From assembly GCA_016181935.1 (NCBI GenBank), contig JACOYI010000002.1, forward strand, positions 1 to 58,215: a stretch of DNA of 58,215 nucleotides, read 5' to 3'. The translations under genes were made by a program, and so were the position numbers. Source of the stretch: Candidatus Niyogibacteria bacterium (GTDB taxonomy: Bacteria; Patescibacteriota; Minisyncoccia; HO2-45-28). Under the pieces are notes generated by a model. The model was not told the origin of the DNA and ran no database searches. It saw only the letters and a list, made by a program, of their open reading frames with translations. Below, piece after piece: positions 41,131-52,427 of the stretch; position 1 is the stretch's first letter; each line of letters starts with the position of its first letter.

Positions 41131-42324
41131 TTATTTGGTGATCTTCGTGACAACGCCGGCGCCCACGGTCTTGCCGCCCTCGCGGATCGCGAATCGCTGG
41201 CGTTCCTCGAGCGCCACGGGCGCGATCAGTTTGATCGCCAGATTCACCGTATCGCCCGGCATCACCATTTCGGTTCCCGCGGGGAGTACCGTCTCGCCCG
41301 TCACATCCGTCGTGCGGATATAAAATTGCGGTTTATATCCGGCAAAGAACGGCGTGTGGCGGCCTCCCTCCTCTTTGGTCAAAATATACACTTCAGCATC
41401 GAATTCCGTGTGCGGCGTAATGGAACCGGCTTTTGCAAGCACTTGCCCGCGCTCCACATCCTCTTTTTTCAAACCGCGAAGCAAAATGCCCGCGTTATCG
41501 CCCGCCATGCCTTCGTCGAGCGATTTGTTGAACATCTCGATTCCCGTTACCGTGCTTTTTTGCGTGTCGCGGATGCCGACGATCGCGACTTCCTCGCCGA
41601 CTTTTACTTTGCCTCTCTCAATACGGCCCGTCACGACCGTTCCGCGGCCTTCGATCGAAAAAATATCCTCGACCGGCATCAGAAACGGTTTTTCGATATC
41701 GCGGACCGGCTCCGGAATGTATTCATCCAGAGCTTTCGTGAGCTCCAGAATTTTCTGCACCCACTCGTCATTCGCATCTTTTGCCTGAAGCGCTTTAAGC
41801 GCGGAACCGCGGATGATGGGCGTTGTGTCGCCCGGATATTCGTATTTTTTCAACAGTTCGCGGACCTCGGCTTCCACCAGATCGATCAGATCCTTGTCGT
41901 CCACCGCATCCACTTTATTGAGAAACACGACGATCGCGGGAACGCCGACTTGGCGCGCCAAAAGAATGTGCTCTCTGGTCTGCGGCATCGGGCCGTCCAC
42001 CGCGGACACGACCAAAACCGCGCCATCCATCTGGGCGGCGCCCGTGATCATGTTTTTGATGTAATCCGCGTGTCCCGGCGCATCGATGTGCGCGTAATGG
42101 CGCTTCGCTGTTTCGTATTCGGAATGATGCAGCGCGATCGTGATGCCGCGTGCCCGCTCTTCCGGCGCGTTATCGATATCCTCGACTTTCTCCATTTTCA
42201 CGCGATTGCCTGCAAGCCCCAATGCATGAAGAATGGCCGCGGTCAGCGTGGTCTTGCCATGGTCCACGTGGCCGATGGTTCCGACGTTCACGTGCGGTTT
42301 TGTACGCTCGAATTTTTCTGCCAT
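41131..42324 (-). CDS. tuf: Elongation factor Tu
   Basis: [21 protein letters not shown]. Confidence 0.99.
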   Translation of the reverse strand: MAEKFERTKPHVNVGTIGHVDHGKTTLTAAILHALGLAGNRVKMEKVEDIDNAPEERARGITIALHHSEYETAKRHYAHIDAPGHADYIKNMITGAAQMDGAVLVVSAVDGPMPQTREHILLARQVGVPAIVVFLNKVDAVDDKDLIDLVEAEVRELLKKYEYPGDTTPIIRGSALKALQAKDANDEWVQKILELTKALDEYIPEPVRDIEKPFLMPVEDIFSIEGRGTVVTGRIERGKVKVGEEVAIVGIRDTQKSTVTGIEMFNKSLDEGMAGDNAGILLRGLKKEDVERGQVLAKAGSITPHTEFDAEVYILTKEEGGRHTPFFAGYKPQFYIRTTDVTGETVLPAGTEMVMPGDTVNLAIKLIAPVALEERQRFAIREGGKTVGAGVVTKITK

Positions 42325-42470
42325 AAAAACACTTGAATTAACTTAAAATGGTTCGACGATTGATAAACGTAGGGCTACCACAGAGGTTGTGTCTACGAAC
42401 TCTATGGTATGACATCCGCTCAGAATAGTCAAGAATTGTCGATGTGTCAATAAAATGCGAGAATACAGAC

Positions 42471-43457
42471 ATGAAAAAAGAGATCGTGCTCTCCGGCATG
42501 CGCCCCACAGGCGAACTCCACCTCGGGAATTACTTTGGCGCGCTCAAACGCTGGGCAGGGATCCAATCGGACCATGAATGCTACTGGATGGTCGCAGACC
42601 TACACTCGCTCACCACGCTCGAATCTACAGCCGACATCGAAAAAAAGACGATCGAAATGACAGCGCTCTGGCTCGCGGCAGGCCTTGATCCTAAGAAATC
42701 CTCCGTTTTCCTCCAGTCCGCCATTCCCGAGCATGGCGAGCTTGCTTCGATTTTTGCCACACTTCTTCCGGTTTCGATGCTCGAACTCAATCCGACATAC
42801 AAAGAGATGACGGAGGCGCATCCCAGATCCGGCTCATTCGGCCTTTTAAACTATCCGGTTCTCCAAGCCGCCGACATTCTATTATATAAGGCGACCCGCG
42901 TGCCGGTGGGCCGCGACCAAGAACCGCACATTGAAATAACGCGCGAGATCGCGCGACGATTCAACAACCGTTTCGGTGAATTTTTTGCGGAGCCGCATGC
43001 GCTCTTTGAAAAAATCCCCAAAATCTACTCGCTGAAAGACCCGACCAAAAAAATGTCGAAGTCGCATTCTCCGGATTCCTATATCGGGTTATTAGATGAT
43101 GCCGATACGGTTCGCGAAAAAATCATGGGCGCGGTCACGGATTCCGGCAACGAGATCGTCTATGATCCGGAATCGAAGCCCGCGCTCGCACATTTGATAG
43201 AACTCCTGCATCTCGCGAGCGGACAGGCCGTCGAGGCAATAGAAAAAGAATACAAGAGCGCGGGGTACGCCAATTTCAAAAAAGCGGTCGCCGAATCGAT
43301 TTCGGGCTTACTTTCTCCGATCCAAGAGCGCTTCCGCTCCTACAAACCCGCGGATGTGAAAGGCGTTCTCGCCGAGGGAACCGCAAAAGCGCGCACCGTC
43401 GCCCAAAAAAATCTCGGGGATATCAAAGAGAAGATCGGACTTTTGAATCTCAAATAA
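42471..43457 (+). CDS. trpS: Tryptophan--tRNA ligase
   Basis: SGMRPTG..HLGN, YPVLQAADI, KMSKS. Confidence 0.98.
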   Translation: MKKEIVLSGMRPTGELHLGNYFGALKRWAGIQSDHECYWMVADLHSLTTLESTADIEKKTIEMTALWLAAGLDPKKSSVFLQSAIPEHGELASIFATLLPVSMLELNPTYKEMTEAHPRSGSFGLLNYPVLQAADILLYKATRVPVGRDQEPHIEITREIARRFNNRFGEFFAEPHALFEKIPKIYSLKDPTKKMSKSHSPDSYIGLLDDADTVREKIMGAVTDSGNEIVYDPESKPALAHLIELLHLASGQAVEAIEKEYKSAGYANFKKAVAESISGLLSPIQERFRSYKPADVKGVLAEGTAKARTVAQKNLGDIKEKIGLLNLK

Positions 43458-43487
43458 AAATGCCCCGCCGAGGCGGAACATGATTCG

Positions 43488-43958
43488 TTAACGAGCTCCA
43501 CCCTCCAGAAGCGGGGCGGCGTCTGCATTATCCGCCGGCTTATCGGATGCGCGGGGAGCCACCATAGTCACAACGTATGTCGTCATTCGCGCCTTCTCCA
43601 CCGTCACGCGTCCGCCTCCCGCGTTCTGTTCCTCAAGGATCCCTTCCGAAACATAGTCCCCTTCTTCGCGAACGAATCTGCATGTTTGCGACAGCATCAT
43701 CAACGGAAACGCACCGGCAATGCCCTGCTGTTCCGCTTGTTCCTCTTCGGACAAAGGCCGCTGGGAAGAAATGTCTTTCAGCGTCAGCAGCCGATGAAAA
43801 CCTTCGGAAGCCAAGCGTGCGGCATCCAGCGACTTGCACGCAAGTTTGATAGATTCCGTTCCTGCCGGAACGGATTCCTTGGATTCTTCTGCTCCGACCG
43901 CGAATGCGGGGAATGCGAACGCGACAAGCGCGAGCGCGATTGCGAAAAATCGGGTCAT
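43488..43958 (-). CDS. Secreted hypothetical protein (2 Cys)
   Basis: GAGGAG SD; signal MTRFFAIALALVAFAFPAFA. Confidence 0.75.
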   Translation of the reverse strand: MTRFFAIALALVAFAFPAFAVGAEESKESVPAGTESIKLACKSLDAARLASEGFHRLLTLKDISSQRPLSEEEQAEQQGIAGAFPLMMLSQTCRFVREEGDYVSEGILEEQNAGGGRVTVEKARMTTYVVTMVAPRASDKPADNADAAPLLEGGAR

Positions 43959-44034
43959 ACTCGTCTCCTCTGGGTTTAAAGATGCACTACTGGTCCAAAG
44001 CAAATTTATCAAGAACTGAAGTTAAAGTAAAGAA

Positions 44035-44066
44035 CCGTCCTGCGCCTTTAGTAAGGTGCAGGACGG
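44035..44066 (-). terminator. Intrinsic terminator, near-identical to 444-477
   Basis: ccgtcctgcgcctt...aaggtgcaggacgg. Confidence 0.7.
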
Positions 44067-44081
44067 CTTCACAATTTCGCT

Positions 44082-44570
44082 TCACTGCCACGCGCCTTGC
44101 GGGATTTCGTTGGGCGGTTTTGCCGGATCCGGCGGCACGATCGCGCCGGGCGGTTCAACCTCATGCGCTTCCTCCTCTTTGATGAGCGGCTTGAGCGCGG
44201 CGGGCGTTGCAATCACCCACACGGTCACGATGAAATCCTCGCCGCCCATGGCTTCGAGAATCATGAGATTGTAATCCAGACGTTCAACGACCCACTTCGG
44301 AACATACTGCTTGCCGCCCCGACACTTGTGGAACGTGAATTTTGAGGCTATAATGTCAACCGCCGCTTCCATCTCCTTTTCTGTCTTTTCGTCTCGCCTC
44401 GTTACCAATATCGCTTTGGCGAATTCCTGCGCGTCTTCTTTCGACACGCACGCCACCCCGCCCGTTGTCGGCGTGCCGATGAATTTCTGGAAGTCAAGTT
44501 CTTCCTCGGCGAACGCCGGAGCAGCCAGGGTCGCGAAAAGGACCGCGAATATTCCGAATGCGTATTTCAC
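44082..44570 (-). CDS. Secreted hypothetical protein (2 Cys)
   Basis: GGGAGG SD before GTG; signal ending APAFA. Confidence 0.75.
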   Translation of the reverse strand: MKYAFGIFAVLFATLAAPAFAEEELDFQKFIGTPTTGGVACVSKEDAQEFAKAILVTRRDEKTEKEMEAAVDIIASKFTFHKCRGGKQYVPKWVVERLDYNLMILEAMGGEDFIVTVWVIATPAALKPLIKEEEAHEVEPPGAIVPPDPAKPPNEIPQGAWQ

Positions 44571-44661
44571 ACTTCCGCCTCCCTATCGAGGTTTACTGCG
44601 ATTTACTGCGCCCGTTTCTTCAAAATACTGAGCATAAGATTATCGTAATGATTCAAACCTG

Positions 44662-46020
44662 TCAATGCCCGTGGATAACCGCGCCGATCTCTTTGATCTT
44701 CTCCTCCAATCGCTCGCGGGTATCTGCTTCGACTACAAGCCGCAGGAGCGGCTCGGTTTTCGAGGGCCGCGCCGCAAACCACCAGCCCGTCCCGAGTACC
44801 CCCGAGGGGTCGTCATATTCAACCATTAAGCCGTCAAGAAACGACTGGCGGCCGTCGGCATATTTTTCGCGGAGCCGCCCGATGGCGCCGGCATCCGCCT
44901 CAAAACTCAACTCACCCGAATGAAAATACTTTTCATACGGCCGAAGTAATTCGGAAAATGGCTTTTCGGAGCCTGAAACGATGTTCAATACATGCATGAG
45001 CGTTAAGAGCGCCGAATCGAATCCGTGAAATTCGCGCCAATAATAATGGCCGGACAGCTCCCCGCCGATGCGCGCGCCGGTCTTACGCATCGCGGCTTTG
45101 ATGTGCGGATGACCGACGGAAACGGTCTTGAGCACGATACCCTTTTCTTTCGCGATATCCCGAAGAATACGCGAACCAAAAACCGTCGAAACAGCGCTCT
45201 CCCCCCGCACCGCACAATGGTCCAATAAAAATGCGTAAAGCGTCGTTCCGAGGATCATGCGTCCCTGCTCATCCAAAAACAGGATGCGGTCGCCATCGGC
45301 ATCCATGATGAACCCGAAGTCGGCGCGCGTTCGTCGAACCGCCTCCCGTGCGGCGCTTTGCGCGTCCGGACGCAAAGGATTGGGCGAATGATTTGGAAAC
45401 CTGCCGTCAGGCTTGAAAAACAATGTTTCAGCTTCAATGCCAAGCCGCCCGAACAACCGCTCGAGTAAAAATCCGCCCGAACCATTCGACGCATCCGCAA
45501 CCACGCGAAGCGGGCGCCGTAGCGCGGACAACGAAATCAAAAAATCAATGTAATCATCCGAAAAATCCGCGGCCAATATCGCCCCCTCGCTCGCGGCGCG
45601 CGCCATCGGAAAACGGCTTAACGCCTCGATTTTCGGCAAACTATTTTCTTTGTAAATCGGCTCCCCTTCGGGCCCCACGAGTTTTACGCCGTTCCATTCG
45701 GCGGGATTATGCGAAGCCGTGATCATGGCGCCTCCCGCCGCATCCGATTCCGCCACGGAAAAATAAAAAAGCGGCGATGTCACAAGACCGATGTCGCGTA
45801 TGTCAAATCCCTCGGCTAAAACGCCCCGCTCGAATGCGCGAAGCAATGCTTCGGACGATAATCGCGCATCGCATCCGGCAATGACCTTGCCCCGACCCCC
45901 TTTTTCGGCAAGATACCTCGCAAATGCGGAACCAATGCGTTCCGCGACCGCCTCATCCAAGTCCTCCGGAACCCGGCCGCGGATATCGTAGTCCTTGAAA
46001 ATCGAAGTTGAATTCCCCAT
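44662..46020 (-). CDS. Phosphomannomutase/phosphoglucomutase
   Basis: FKDYDIRG, TASHNP, DADGDR, GELSGH, RPSKTEP. Confidence 0.96.
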   Translation of the reverse strand: MGNSTSIFKDYDIRGRVPEDLDEAVAERIGSAFARYLAEKGGRGKVIAGCDARLSSEALLRAFERGVLAEGFDIRDIGLVTSPLFYFSVAESDAAGGAMITASHNPAEWNGVKLVGPEGEPIYKENSLPKIEALSRFPMARAASEGAILAADFSDDYIDFLISLSALRRPLRVVADASNGSGGFLLERLFGRLGIEAETLFFKPDGRFPNHSPNPLRPDAQSAAREAVRRTRADFGFIMDADGDRILFLDEQGRMILGTTLYAFLLDHCAVRGESAVSTVFGSRILRDIAKEKGIVLKTVSVGHPHIKAAMRKTGARIGGELSGHYYWREFHGFDSALLTLMHVLNIVSGSEKPFSELLRPYEKYFHSGELSFEADAGAIGRLREKYADGRQSFLDGLMVEYDDPSGVLGTGWWFAARPSKTEPLLRLVVEADTRERLEEKIKEIGAVIHGH

Positions 46021-46046
46021 GAGCGTATGATAGGGTAATTTCACTT

Positions 46047-46463
46047 ATGAACGAAAGAGACCCCCTTCTGTACGAGCTCTACTACGCGCTCAAAGCGGGA
46101 AGCCCCGAGGAAGCCGCCAAGAGCGTCGGCGTCGTCACGGGTCTCATCGAAAAAGGGCACGGCATCATCGCGTCCCAATCGCAACCGGACGTAAAAATGC
46201 TTTCCTATCCGATCCGCAAAGAACGCGATGCGTACGCCGGCTGGGTCCGATTCATGCTGAAGCCGGATGCCGCGCCGAAACTTGAGCGGGATCTGGGCGC
46301 CGAATCCCCGCTCCTCCGGTTCATGCTGACGCGCGCGAAAAAAGAGGAGGCGCCGCTCGAATCGCGGCGACGCAAACGGATCGTCCCCGCCGCTTCCGAG
46401 CCCGAAACGCAGGCGAAGATCGAGGAGATCGACAAAAAATTGGAGGAAATTTTAGGGGCTTAA
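46047..46463 (+). CDS. rpsF: 30S ribosomal protein S6
   Basis: YEL, LSYPIRK, LLRFM; rpsF-ssb-rpsR synteny. Confidence 0.9.
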   Translation: MNERDPLLYELYYALKAGSPEEAAKSVGVVTGLIEKGHGIIASQSQPDVKMLSYPIRKERDAYAGWVRFMLKPDAAPKLERDLGAESPLLRFMLTRAKKEEAPLESRRRKRIVPAASEPETQAKIEEIDKKLEEILGA

Positions 46464-46477
46464 TTTTAATATAACCC

Positions 46478-46939
46478 ATGAACCTCAATAAAGCGTTCAT
46501 TATTGGCAATCTCACGCGCGACCCCGAACTTAAAACGCTCCCAAGCGGATCCACGGTCTGCAACTTCTCGGTAGCAACCAACCGGACATGGAAAGATAAA
46601 AGCGGAGAACAAAAGAAAGATGTCGAATTTCATAATGTCGTCGCATTCGGGCGCACGGCTGAAATAATCCACCAATACATAAAAAAAGGTCATGGAATTT
46701 TTATCGAGGGGCGCATTCAGACGCGGTCGTGGGAAAAAGACGGAAAGAAGAATTACCGCACCGAAATCATAGCGGAGACCATGCAATTCGGACCTCGCAT
46801 GCCCGGACTCGGCGGAACAGGCGGCACGGAACGCTCTGCGGACTCCGCGCCGGCACACGCGGCGCAGCCGGCAAAAGAAACGCTCGACACCATTAACTAT
46901 GACGATGACGCGATCAATCCCGACGAGATCCCTTTTTGA
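46478..46939 (+). CDS. ssb: Single-stranded DNA-binding protein
   Basis: IGNLTRDPE, C-terminal DEIPF. Confidence 0.98.
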   Translation: MNLNKAFIIGNLTRDPELKTLPSGSTVCNFSVATNRTWKDKSGEQKKDVEFHNVVAFGRTAEIIHQYIKKGHGIFIEGRIQTRSWEKDGKKNYRTEIIAETMQFGPRMPGLGGTGGTERSADSAPAHAAQPAKETLDTINYDDDAINPDEIPF

Positions 46940-46945
46940 TCCATT

Positions 46946-47161
46946 ATGATACCCACCGAATCCAAACAGTGCTATTTTTGCACCTCGAACATAAAAAATA
47001 TCGACTTTAAGGATGCGGAAACCTTGAAGCGGTTTTTATCCGTCCGCGCAAAGATCATGCCGCGGCGCAAAACCGCGGTCTGCGCCCGCCACCAGCGCAA
47101 ACTGGCGAACGCCATCAAACGCGCGCGCCAAGCCGCCATCCTCCCCTACGTCAGCTTCTGA
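46946..47161 (+). CDS. rpsR: 30S ribosomal protein S18
   Basis: CYFC..IDFKD, HQRKLANAIKRAR. Confidence 0.97.
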   Translation: MIPTESKQCYFCTSNIKNIDFKDAETLKRFLSVRAKIMPRRKTAVCARHQRKLANAIKRARQAAILPYVSF

Positions 47162-47240
47162 CTTGCAATTTTAAACTATATGTTATAAAATCCATCTAGA
47201 ATCAGGTGGGTAGAAGAAAAAAACTAAGAGGAGGCTTGCC

Positions 47241-47450
47241 ATGAAAAATCCGCTTGAAAAGATATGGTCGCGATATGATCGCGCCCCCGAGTTGCTGCGG
47301 CTTCTCATTTGTCTTGCCGTAATCGTCCCTTGGCTAATAGCAACGAACACAGGGAAAGGGAGTGTGTTTTTGTTTGTTGCCAGTTCTATCGCTCTTCTCC
47401 TTGTTCTGTTGAGCCGCATGTGGCATTTGCATGCGAATGCCCGGCTTTAA
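47241..47450 (+). CDS. Small 2-TM hypothetical protein (accessory)
   Basis: GAGGAGG SD, TTGCAA-17-TAAAAT promoter. Confidence 0.65.
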   Translation: MKNPLEKIWSRYDRAPELLRLLICLAVIVPWLIATNTGKGSVFLFVASSIALLLVLLSRMWHLHANARL

Positions 47451-47462
47451 TCGGTCGGGTTT

Positions 47463-48458
47463 TTATATCTCTTTTATCTTCTTCACGATCTCCTCGCAAA
47501 CCTTGGGGTTTTCGCGCAAATAATTCTTTGCATTCTCGAATCCCTGCCCCAATTTGAACGATTCATATGCAAGCGAGGCGCCGGATTTTTTGACGAGTTC
47601 ATGCTTTATCGCCAGATTCAAAATATCACCCTCGCGGGAAATGCCTTCGTTATACATGATATCAAATTCGGCGGTACGGAAAGGCGCTGCTACTTTGTTT
47701 TTGACGACCTTCGCTTTTACACGGTTGCCGATGATCTCCTCGCCTTTTTTGATCTGTGCCGCGCGGCGCACCTCGGTGCGGACGGATGAATAAAATTTGA
47801 GCGCTTTGCCGCCCGGCGTCGTTTCGGGATTGCCAAAAAATACGCCGATCTGCATCCGGATCTGGTTGATGAAAATAACGGCGGTATTCGTCCGCGCCAC
47901 GAGTGCGGTGAGTTTTCGCAACGCGTGCGACATCAATCGCGCTTGCAGACCCATATGCTGCTGCCCCATGTCGCCCTCGATCTCGGCCCGCGGCGTCAAC
48001 GCCGCCACCGAATCGATGACCACCGCGTCGATGCTCCCCGAGCGGACGAGCGACTCCACGATCTCAAGCGCCTGCTCGCCCGTATCCGGCTGGGAGATCA
48101 AAAGGTCGTCAATTTTTACGCCGATCTTTTTGGCGTATTCCGGATCGAGTGCGTGCTCCGCATCCACGAATGCGCAAAGCCCCCCTTGTTTTTGCGATTC
48201 GGCGACGATATGCAGCGCAAGCGTCGTTTTGCCGGACGATTCCGGTCCGTAGATCTCGATGATGCGCCCTCTTGGCATGCCGCCGACGCCGAGCGCCATA
48301 TCGAGCGACAAGGAACCCGTCGGTATCACATCCACATTCACGCGGCGCGCCTCCCCCAATTTCATGATGGCGCCCTCGCCGTATTTCGCCTGAATATCCT
48401 TGATCGCCGCCTCCACATGCTCTCGCTTCTCATCCCGCTCCTCTTTGATCTTTTTCAT
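47463..48458 (-). CDS. recA: Recombinase A
   Basis: [23 protein letters not shown]. Confidence 0.99.
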   Translation of the reverse strand: MKKIKEERDEKREHVEAAIKDIQAKYGEGAIMKLGEARRVNVDVIPTGSLSLDMALGVGGMPRGRIIEIYGPESSGKTTLALHIVAESQKQGGLCAFVDAEHALDPEYAKKIGVKIDDLLISQPDTGEQALEIVESLVRSGSIDAVVIDSVAALTPRAEIEGDMGQQHMGLQARLMSHALRKLTALVARTNTAVIFINQIRMQIGVFFGNPETTPGGKALKFYSSVRTEVRRAAQIKKGEEIIGNRVKAKVVKNKVAAPFRTAEFDIMYNEGISREGDILNLAIKHELVKKSGASLAYESFKLGQGFENAKNYLRENPKVCEEIVKKIKEI

Positions 48459-48476
48459 TGCAATGAAACTAAACGG

Positions 48477-48815
48477 TTAAAACCGGACCATCACCATTCT
48501 CTGTTCCCGCAAAACCCGTCCGAAACGGCCGTCCGCCTTCAGCTCAATGATATTGAGGCCCGGCGCCAAAAGCAACGTTTCTTCAAATTCGCCTTTTTCG
48601 TTCACATAAATAGGACGGCCGTCAAGCTCCAACCGCGCGGCATCCTGCCCCGTCCCGCGGACCGTAACGCGGGGGGACGCCAAAAATGCGCCTTCTTCGG
48701 GTTCCGTGATCGTCAGTCGCGGTCCCACAACAAAACTGCGGAATCGGAAACTGAAATACGCCCCGAAAACGATGAATAAAAGACAAAGAAAAAGCGTGAA
48801 CGCTTTTCGGTTCAT
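48477..48815 (-). CDS. Membrane-anchored small beta-rich (Ig-like) protein
   Basis: TM then GPRLTITEP..G, LLAPGLNIIE. Confidence 0.75.
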   Translation of the reverse strand: MNRKAFTLFLCLLFIVFGAYFSFRFRSFVVGPRLTITEPEEGAFLASPRVTVRGTGQDAARLELDGRPIYVNEKGEFEETLLLAPGLNIIELKADGRFGRVLREQRMVMVRF

Positions 48816-48864
48816 GCCAAATTTATATGAGCGTTAGCGAATAAATAAATTTGAGCCAATTCCT

Positions 48865-51048
48865 TCAAAACGATTCGAAAAAGTTTTTGTCCTCTTTTTT
48901 TGCCGTTTCCTTCGGGATCGCGGGAGCCGGTTCGTCCGCTTTTAAGAGAACTTCACGGGGTTTGGCGCCGTCTCCGGGACCGATCACGCCTCTTGCCTCA
49001 AGAATATCCAAGAGACGGGCCGCGCGCGCATAGCCGATCCGCAGACGCCGTTGGAGATAGGATGCCGATGCCTTGCCGACCTGTATGATGATGTCTTTAG
49101 CTTGGTCGTACAGTTCGTCCTCCGCATTATCGTCGCCATCGCCATCGAACATGGTCCCGCTTTCCCGTTCCGGTTCCAAATTAAAACTTTCCGTTTCCGC
49201 GGCTTCGTAGGTATTTTCCAGATATTGCGCGACCTTGCGTACTTCCGATTCGGAAACGAACGCTCCTTGAATGCGGCGGGGTTTTGCGGAATCGCCCGAC
49301 ATGAACAACATATCGCCCTTGCCCAAAAGTTTTTCGGCGCCCGCCATATCGAGGATCGTGCGCGAATCCACTTGCGACGCCACTTGGAATGCAATGCGGC
49401 TCGTGATGTTCGCTTTGATGAGTCCGGTGATGACCTCAACCGACGGGCGCTGGGTGGAGAGCACCAAATGGATGCCGACCGCCCGCGACATCTGCGCCAG
49501 ACGCACCACGGCCGCTTCCATTTCTCTAGGATACGCCGTCATGATGTCGGCGAGTTCGTCTATCACGATGACGATATAGGGCATCGGTTCCTCGGCCGAT
49601 ACCGCCATTGCGTGGTAGGAACCGATATCGCGCGCTTTGTGCTTTGCAAGACATTCGTAGCGGCGCTCCATTTCGCGCGACGCCCACTTGAGCGCCACGA
49701 TCGCTTTTTTCGGATCGGTAATAACGGAAGTTAAATTATGCGGGATGCCGGAATAGACGGAAAGCTCCACACGCTTGGGATCGATCATCAAGAAGCGCAG
49801 GCGCTCCGGCGGATTGCGGTACAGAAGCGCCATCATCATCACATGGATCGCGACGGATTTACCCGAGCCCGTGGAGCCCGCGATCAGGAGATGCGGCATT
49901 TTTTCAAGCACCGCGTAGGTCGCGCGGCCCGACACGTCGCGGCCGAGAGAGAGCGCCAATTCGCCTTTTGTCTCTTTGAAGTCGTCTGATGCAAGCATGC
50001 TTCGCATGCCAACGAGCGCGATCGAACGGTTCGGGATCTCGATGCCGACGAGCGATTTCCCCGGTATCGGCGCTTCGATGCGGATGGGATGGGCTGCCAA
50101 CGCCAGCGCCAAGTCATTATGCAATCCCGTTATCTTCGAGAGCTTCACGCCCTCAGCCGGCCGCATGGTGTACTGGGTGATGGACGGTCCGATATTCACT
50201 TCGGCCATTTCCACCAAGATCCCGAAATTTTGGAGCGTTCGCTTGATGATATTCGCATTCGCCTTGATATCGCCGGAATTGGGACGGCCTTTGTTGTCTT
50301 CGAGCAGGTCCAGCGGCGGCGGCCGGAATGCGACCACAGGACGCGCCCTTCTTGGCGCCATCAATGTCCCGTCTTCGTTCATTTCCTCGCTCGTCGCTTC
50401 CAGTGCCGGCTCCGGCATTTGGGTCGCGCCCGCTTCCTCTGCTTTCTTTTCGCGCGTCAATTCGCTTTTGATGGCGTCGAATGCGGCTTTGAATTTTTCC
50501 GCCGTTGTCGCATCCGCGCCTTCGCCCTCCGCCGCTTCGTCTTTTTTACCGAACGGCCACCGGAACTTGAGCGAAATATTCATCATCAACAGGACCGCAA
50601 CCGCGAACATCGCTGCCAAAATCACGAGCGACGCCCAGAAATCGAACAAATTCAAAAGCGGCCGCGACAATAATCCGCCGATGACGCCAGCGCCCTCCTC
50701 TCCGCCCAAAATATCGAACCCCGCAAGCGCGGAGACGAGCATTAAAATACCGCCGGACACGGTCGAGGACACCCATTGGGTTTTAAGCGATAAAAGAAAT
50801 GAGACGCCCGCCGCCGCAAATGTGACGGGCACCAGAAAGAACGCCCGCCCGAACAATGTTTCAAAAAGCCCGAGCAAACGCTCGCCCATAACCCCCGCCT
50901 TGCCGAATGCCGAGAGCACCAAAAGCGCGGCGACCGCGAAGGATGCGATGGCGAAAATGGATTGCTTGGTCTCGGGGTTCATCCGCGACCACGCATTCCC
51001 CTCCTCCGCCTCCTCTTTTTTGGACGGCCTGCCGCGTTTTTTAGCCAT
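48865..51048 (-). CDS. ftsK: DNA translocase FtsK/SpoIIIE
   Basis: N-terminal TMs, PHLLIAGSTGSGKS, DELAD, LQRRLRIGYARAARL. Confidence 0.98.
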   Translation of the reverse strand: MAKKRGRPSKKEEAEEGNAWSRMNPETKQSIFAIASFAVAALLVLSAFGKAGVMGERLLGLFETLFGRAFFLVPVTFAAAGVSFLLSLKTQWVSSTVSGGILMLVSALAGFDILGGEEGAGVIGGLLSRPLLNLFDFWASLVILAAMFAVAVLLMMNISLKFRWPFGKKDEAAEGEGADATTAEKFKAAFDAIKSELTREKKAEEAGATQMPEPALEATSEEMNEDGTLMAPRRARPVVAFRPPPLDLLEDNKGRPNSGDIKANANIIKRTLQNFGILVEMAEVNIGPSITQYTMRPAEGVKLSKITGLHNDLALALAAHPIRIEAPIPGKSLVGIEIPNRSIALVGMRSMLASDDFKETKGELALSLGRDVSGRATYAVLEKMPHLLIAGSTGSGKSVAIHVMMMALLYRNPPERLRFLMIDPKRVELSVYSGIPHNLTSVITDPKKAIVALKWASREMERRYECLAKHKARDIGSYHAMAVSAEEPMPYIVIVIDELADIMTAYPREMEAAVVRLAQMSRAVGIHLVLSTQRPSVEVITGLIKANITSRIAFQVASQVDSRTILDMAGAEKLLGKGDMLFMSGDSAKPRRIQGAFVSESEVRKVAQYLENTYEAAETESFNLEPERESGTMFDGDGDDNAEDELYDQAKDIIIQVGKASASYLQRRLRIGYARAARLLDILEARGVIGPGDGAKPREVLLKADEPAPAIPKETAKKEDKNFFESF

Positions 51049-51115
51049 GGGTATAGTATAGGAAGCTTCCCCCCAAAAGAAAAACGGCGGCGCCAAGAGG
51101 CATCGCCGTTATCCG

Positions 51116-52321
51116 CTATTTCTGCTTCTGCCTAATGATCTCTTTCGCTTTTTCCAGTACTTCATCTTCGGGCGTTGCGGGGTCGTCCGCGATCTCGACA
51201 TCGGGCGTGATGCCGACGCCTTCGGGCGATGTGCCCCCGCCGATGAAATAATGACGGGTCGTCAGCCAGAGCATGCCCCCGTCCGCGAGCGCCTTTGCCG
51301 CCTGCATACTGCCTTTCCCGAACGTCTTTTTGCCGATCACGGTATGGCCCCAGTATTGCAAACCGCCGGAAACCACCTCGGAAGCGGACGCCGAATGTTC
51401 GTTCACCAGAACCACGATGGTCCAGTCCGCATAGGGTCCGCGGCCGCCGGCCTCGTATCGCTGGTCGGCAACGTCGTGCCGATCGCGCGATTCGAACAGC
51501 AATGCGCCTTTCTGGGGCGCGAACACCGCAAGAAACTGGACCGCGACATGCACGAAACCCCCCGGATTATCCCGAAGGTCGAGGACGAGCGTATGGAGTC
51601 CTTTTTGGCTGAAATCCTTGAACGGTTGCTTGAGGTCATCGCCGATGAGATTCGCTTTATCGAACGAAAAAAGCTTGAGGTAGACGATACCGTTCCCGAG
51701 TTCCCGTATTTCAACGGATGGTACCTTGACCACGCCGCGCACGATCGCGAACAGCGGGAGTTTTTGGCCATCGCGAAGGATTTCAAGATAGACCGTGCTC
51801 CCGTCCGGACCCGTGATGCGGTCGACCACATCGGCCATCGGAAGACCGGCGAGCGACTCCATCGCGTCCGGTTTGACGCCCGATGCCGTGATGATGTCGC
51901 CCTTGCGGGGCGCGCCGGCTTTTTCCGCCGGACCGCCGGCAATCACTTCCACAACCAAAACACCTTCGCTTACGGACCCGATCTGCACACCGATCCCCGT
52001 AAAACTGCCGGCCGATCGCCTCTCGAATTCCCTCTGCGATTCATACCGCATGTATTTGTCTTTCGGAAAACAGCTCTCGAGCGTGATGTCTGCTTTGAGC
52101 TCGCCCTTCTCGAGTTCGAAACGGGTGAATGCGCGGCCCAGCATGCAGGCGGAAAAATCCCTCATCTCTTTCGGCGTCGGGCCGTAATAGGATTCCTGTT
52201 CCACGGTCGTCATGAGATCGGTGAACGCCTGAATGCCGTCATCGCTCGCCGACTCTGCGGCACATGCCGGAACCGTGAACATCGCGAACACAAGCGCCGC
52301 AAAAACGATTCTTCGCCGCAT
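51116..52321 (-). CDS. S41 (CtpA-like) carboxyl-terminal protease with PDZ
   Basis: LDLRDNPGG, SASASE, TFGKGS; signal peptide; AAGGA SD. Confidence 0.92.
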   Translation of the reverse strand: MRRRIVFAALVFAMFTVPACAAESASDDGIQAFTDLMTTVEQESYYGPTPKEMRDFSACMLGRAFTRFELEKGELKADITLESCFPKDKYMRYESQREFERRSAGSFTGIGVQIGSVSEGVLVVEVIAGGPAEKAGAPRKGDIITASGVKPDAMESLAGLPMADVVDRITGPDGSTVYLEILRDGQKLPLFAIVRGVVKVPSVEIRELGNGIVYLKLFSFDKANLIGDDLKQPFKDFSQKGLHTLVLDLRDNPGGFVHVAVQFLAVFAPQKGALLFESRDRHDVADQRYEAGGRGPYADWTIVVLVNEHSASASEVVSGGLQYWGHTVIGKKTFGKGSMQAAKALADGGMLWLTTRHYFIGGGTSPEGVGITPDVEIADDPATPEDEVLEKAKEIIRQKQK

Positions 52322-52427
52322 AAAATTTCCTTTCAAAAAACAACCGCGTTCAATCTAAAAATACGCCCGCCGCTTAGAATGTCAACGAAAAGAAAAACGG
52401 CGGCCTCGTAAGAAGCCGCCGCACGTC

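Noticed and set aside
41011-42336. Long + strand ORFs opposite tuf (also opposite ftsK, ctpA, fusA, rpsA)
   Set aside because: Antisense shadow frames typical of GC-rich codon usage; no motifs.
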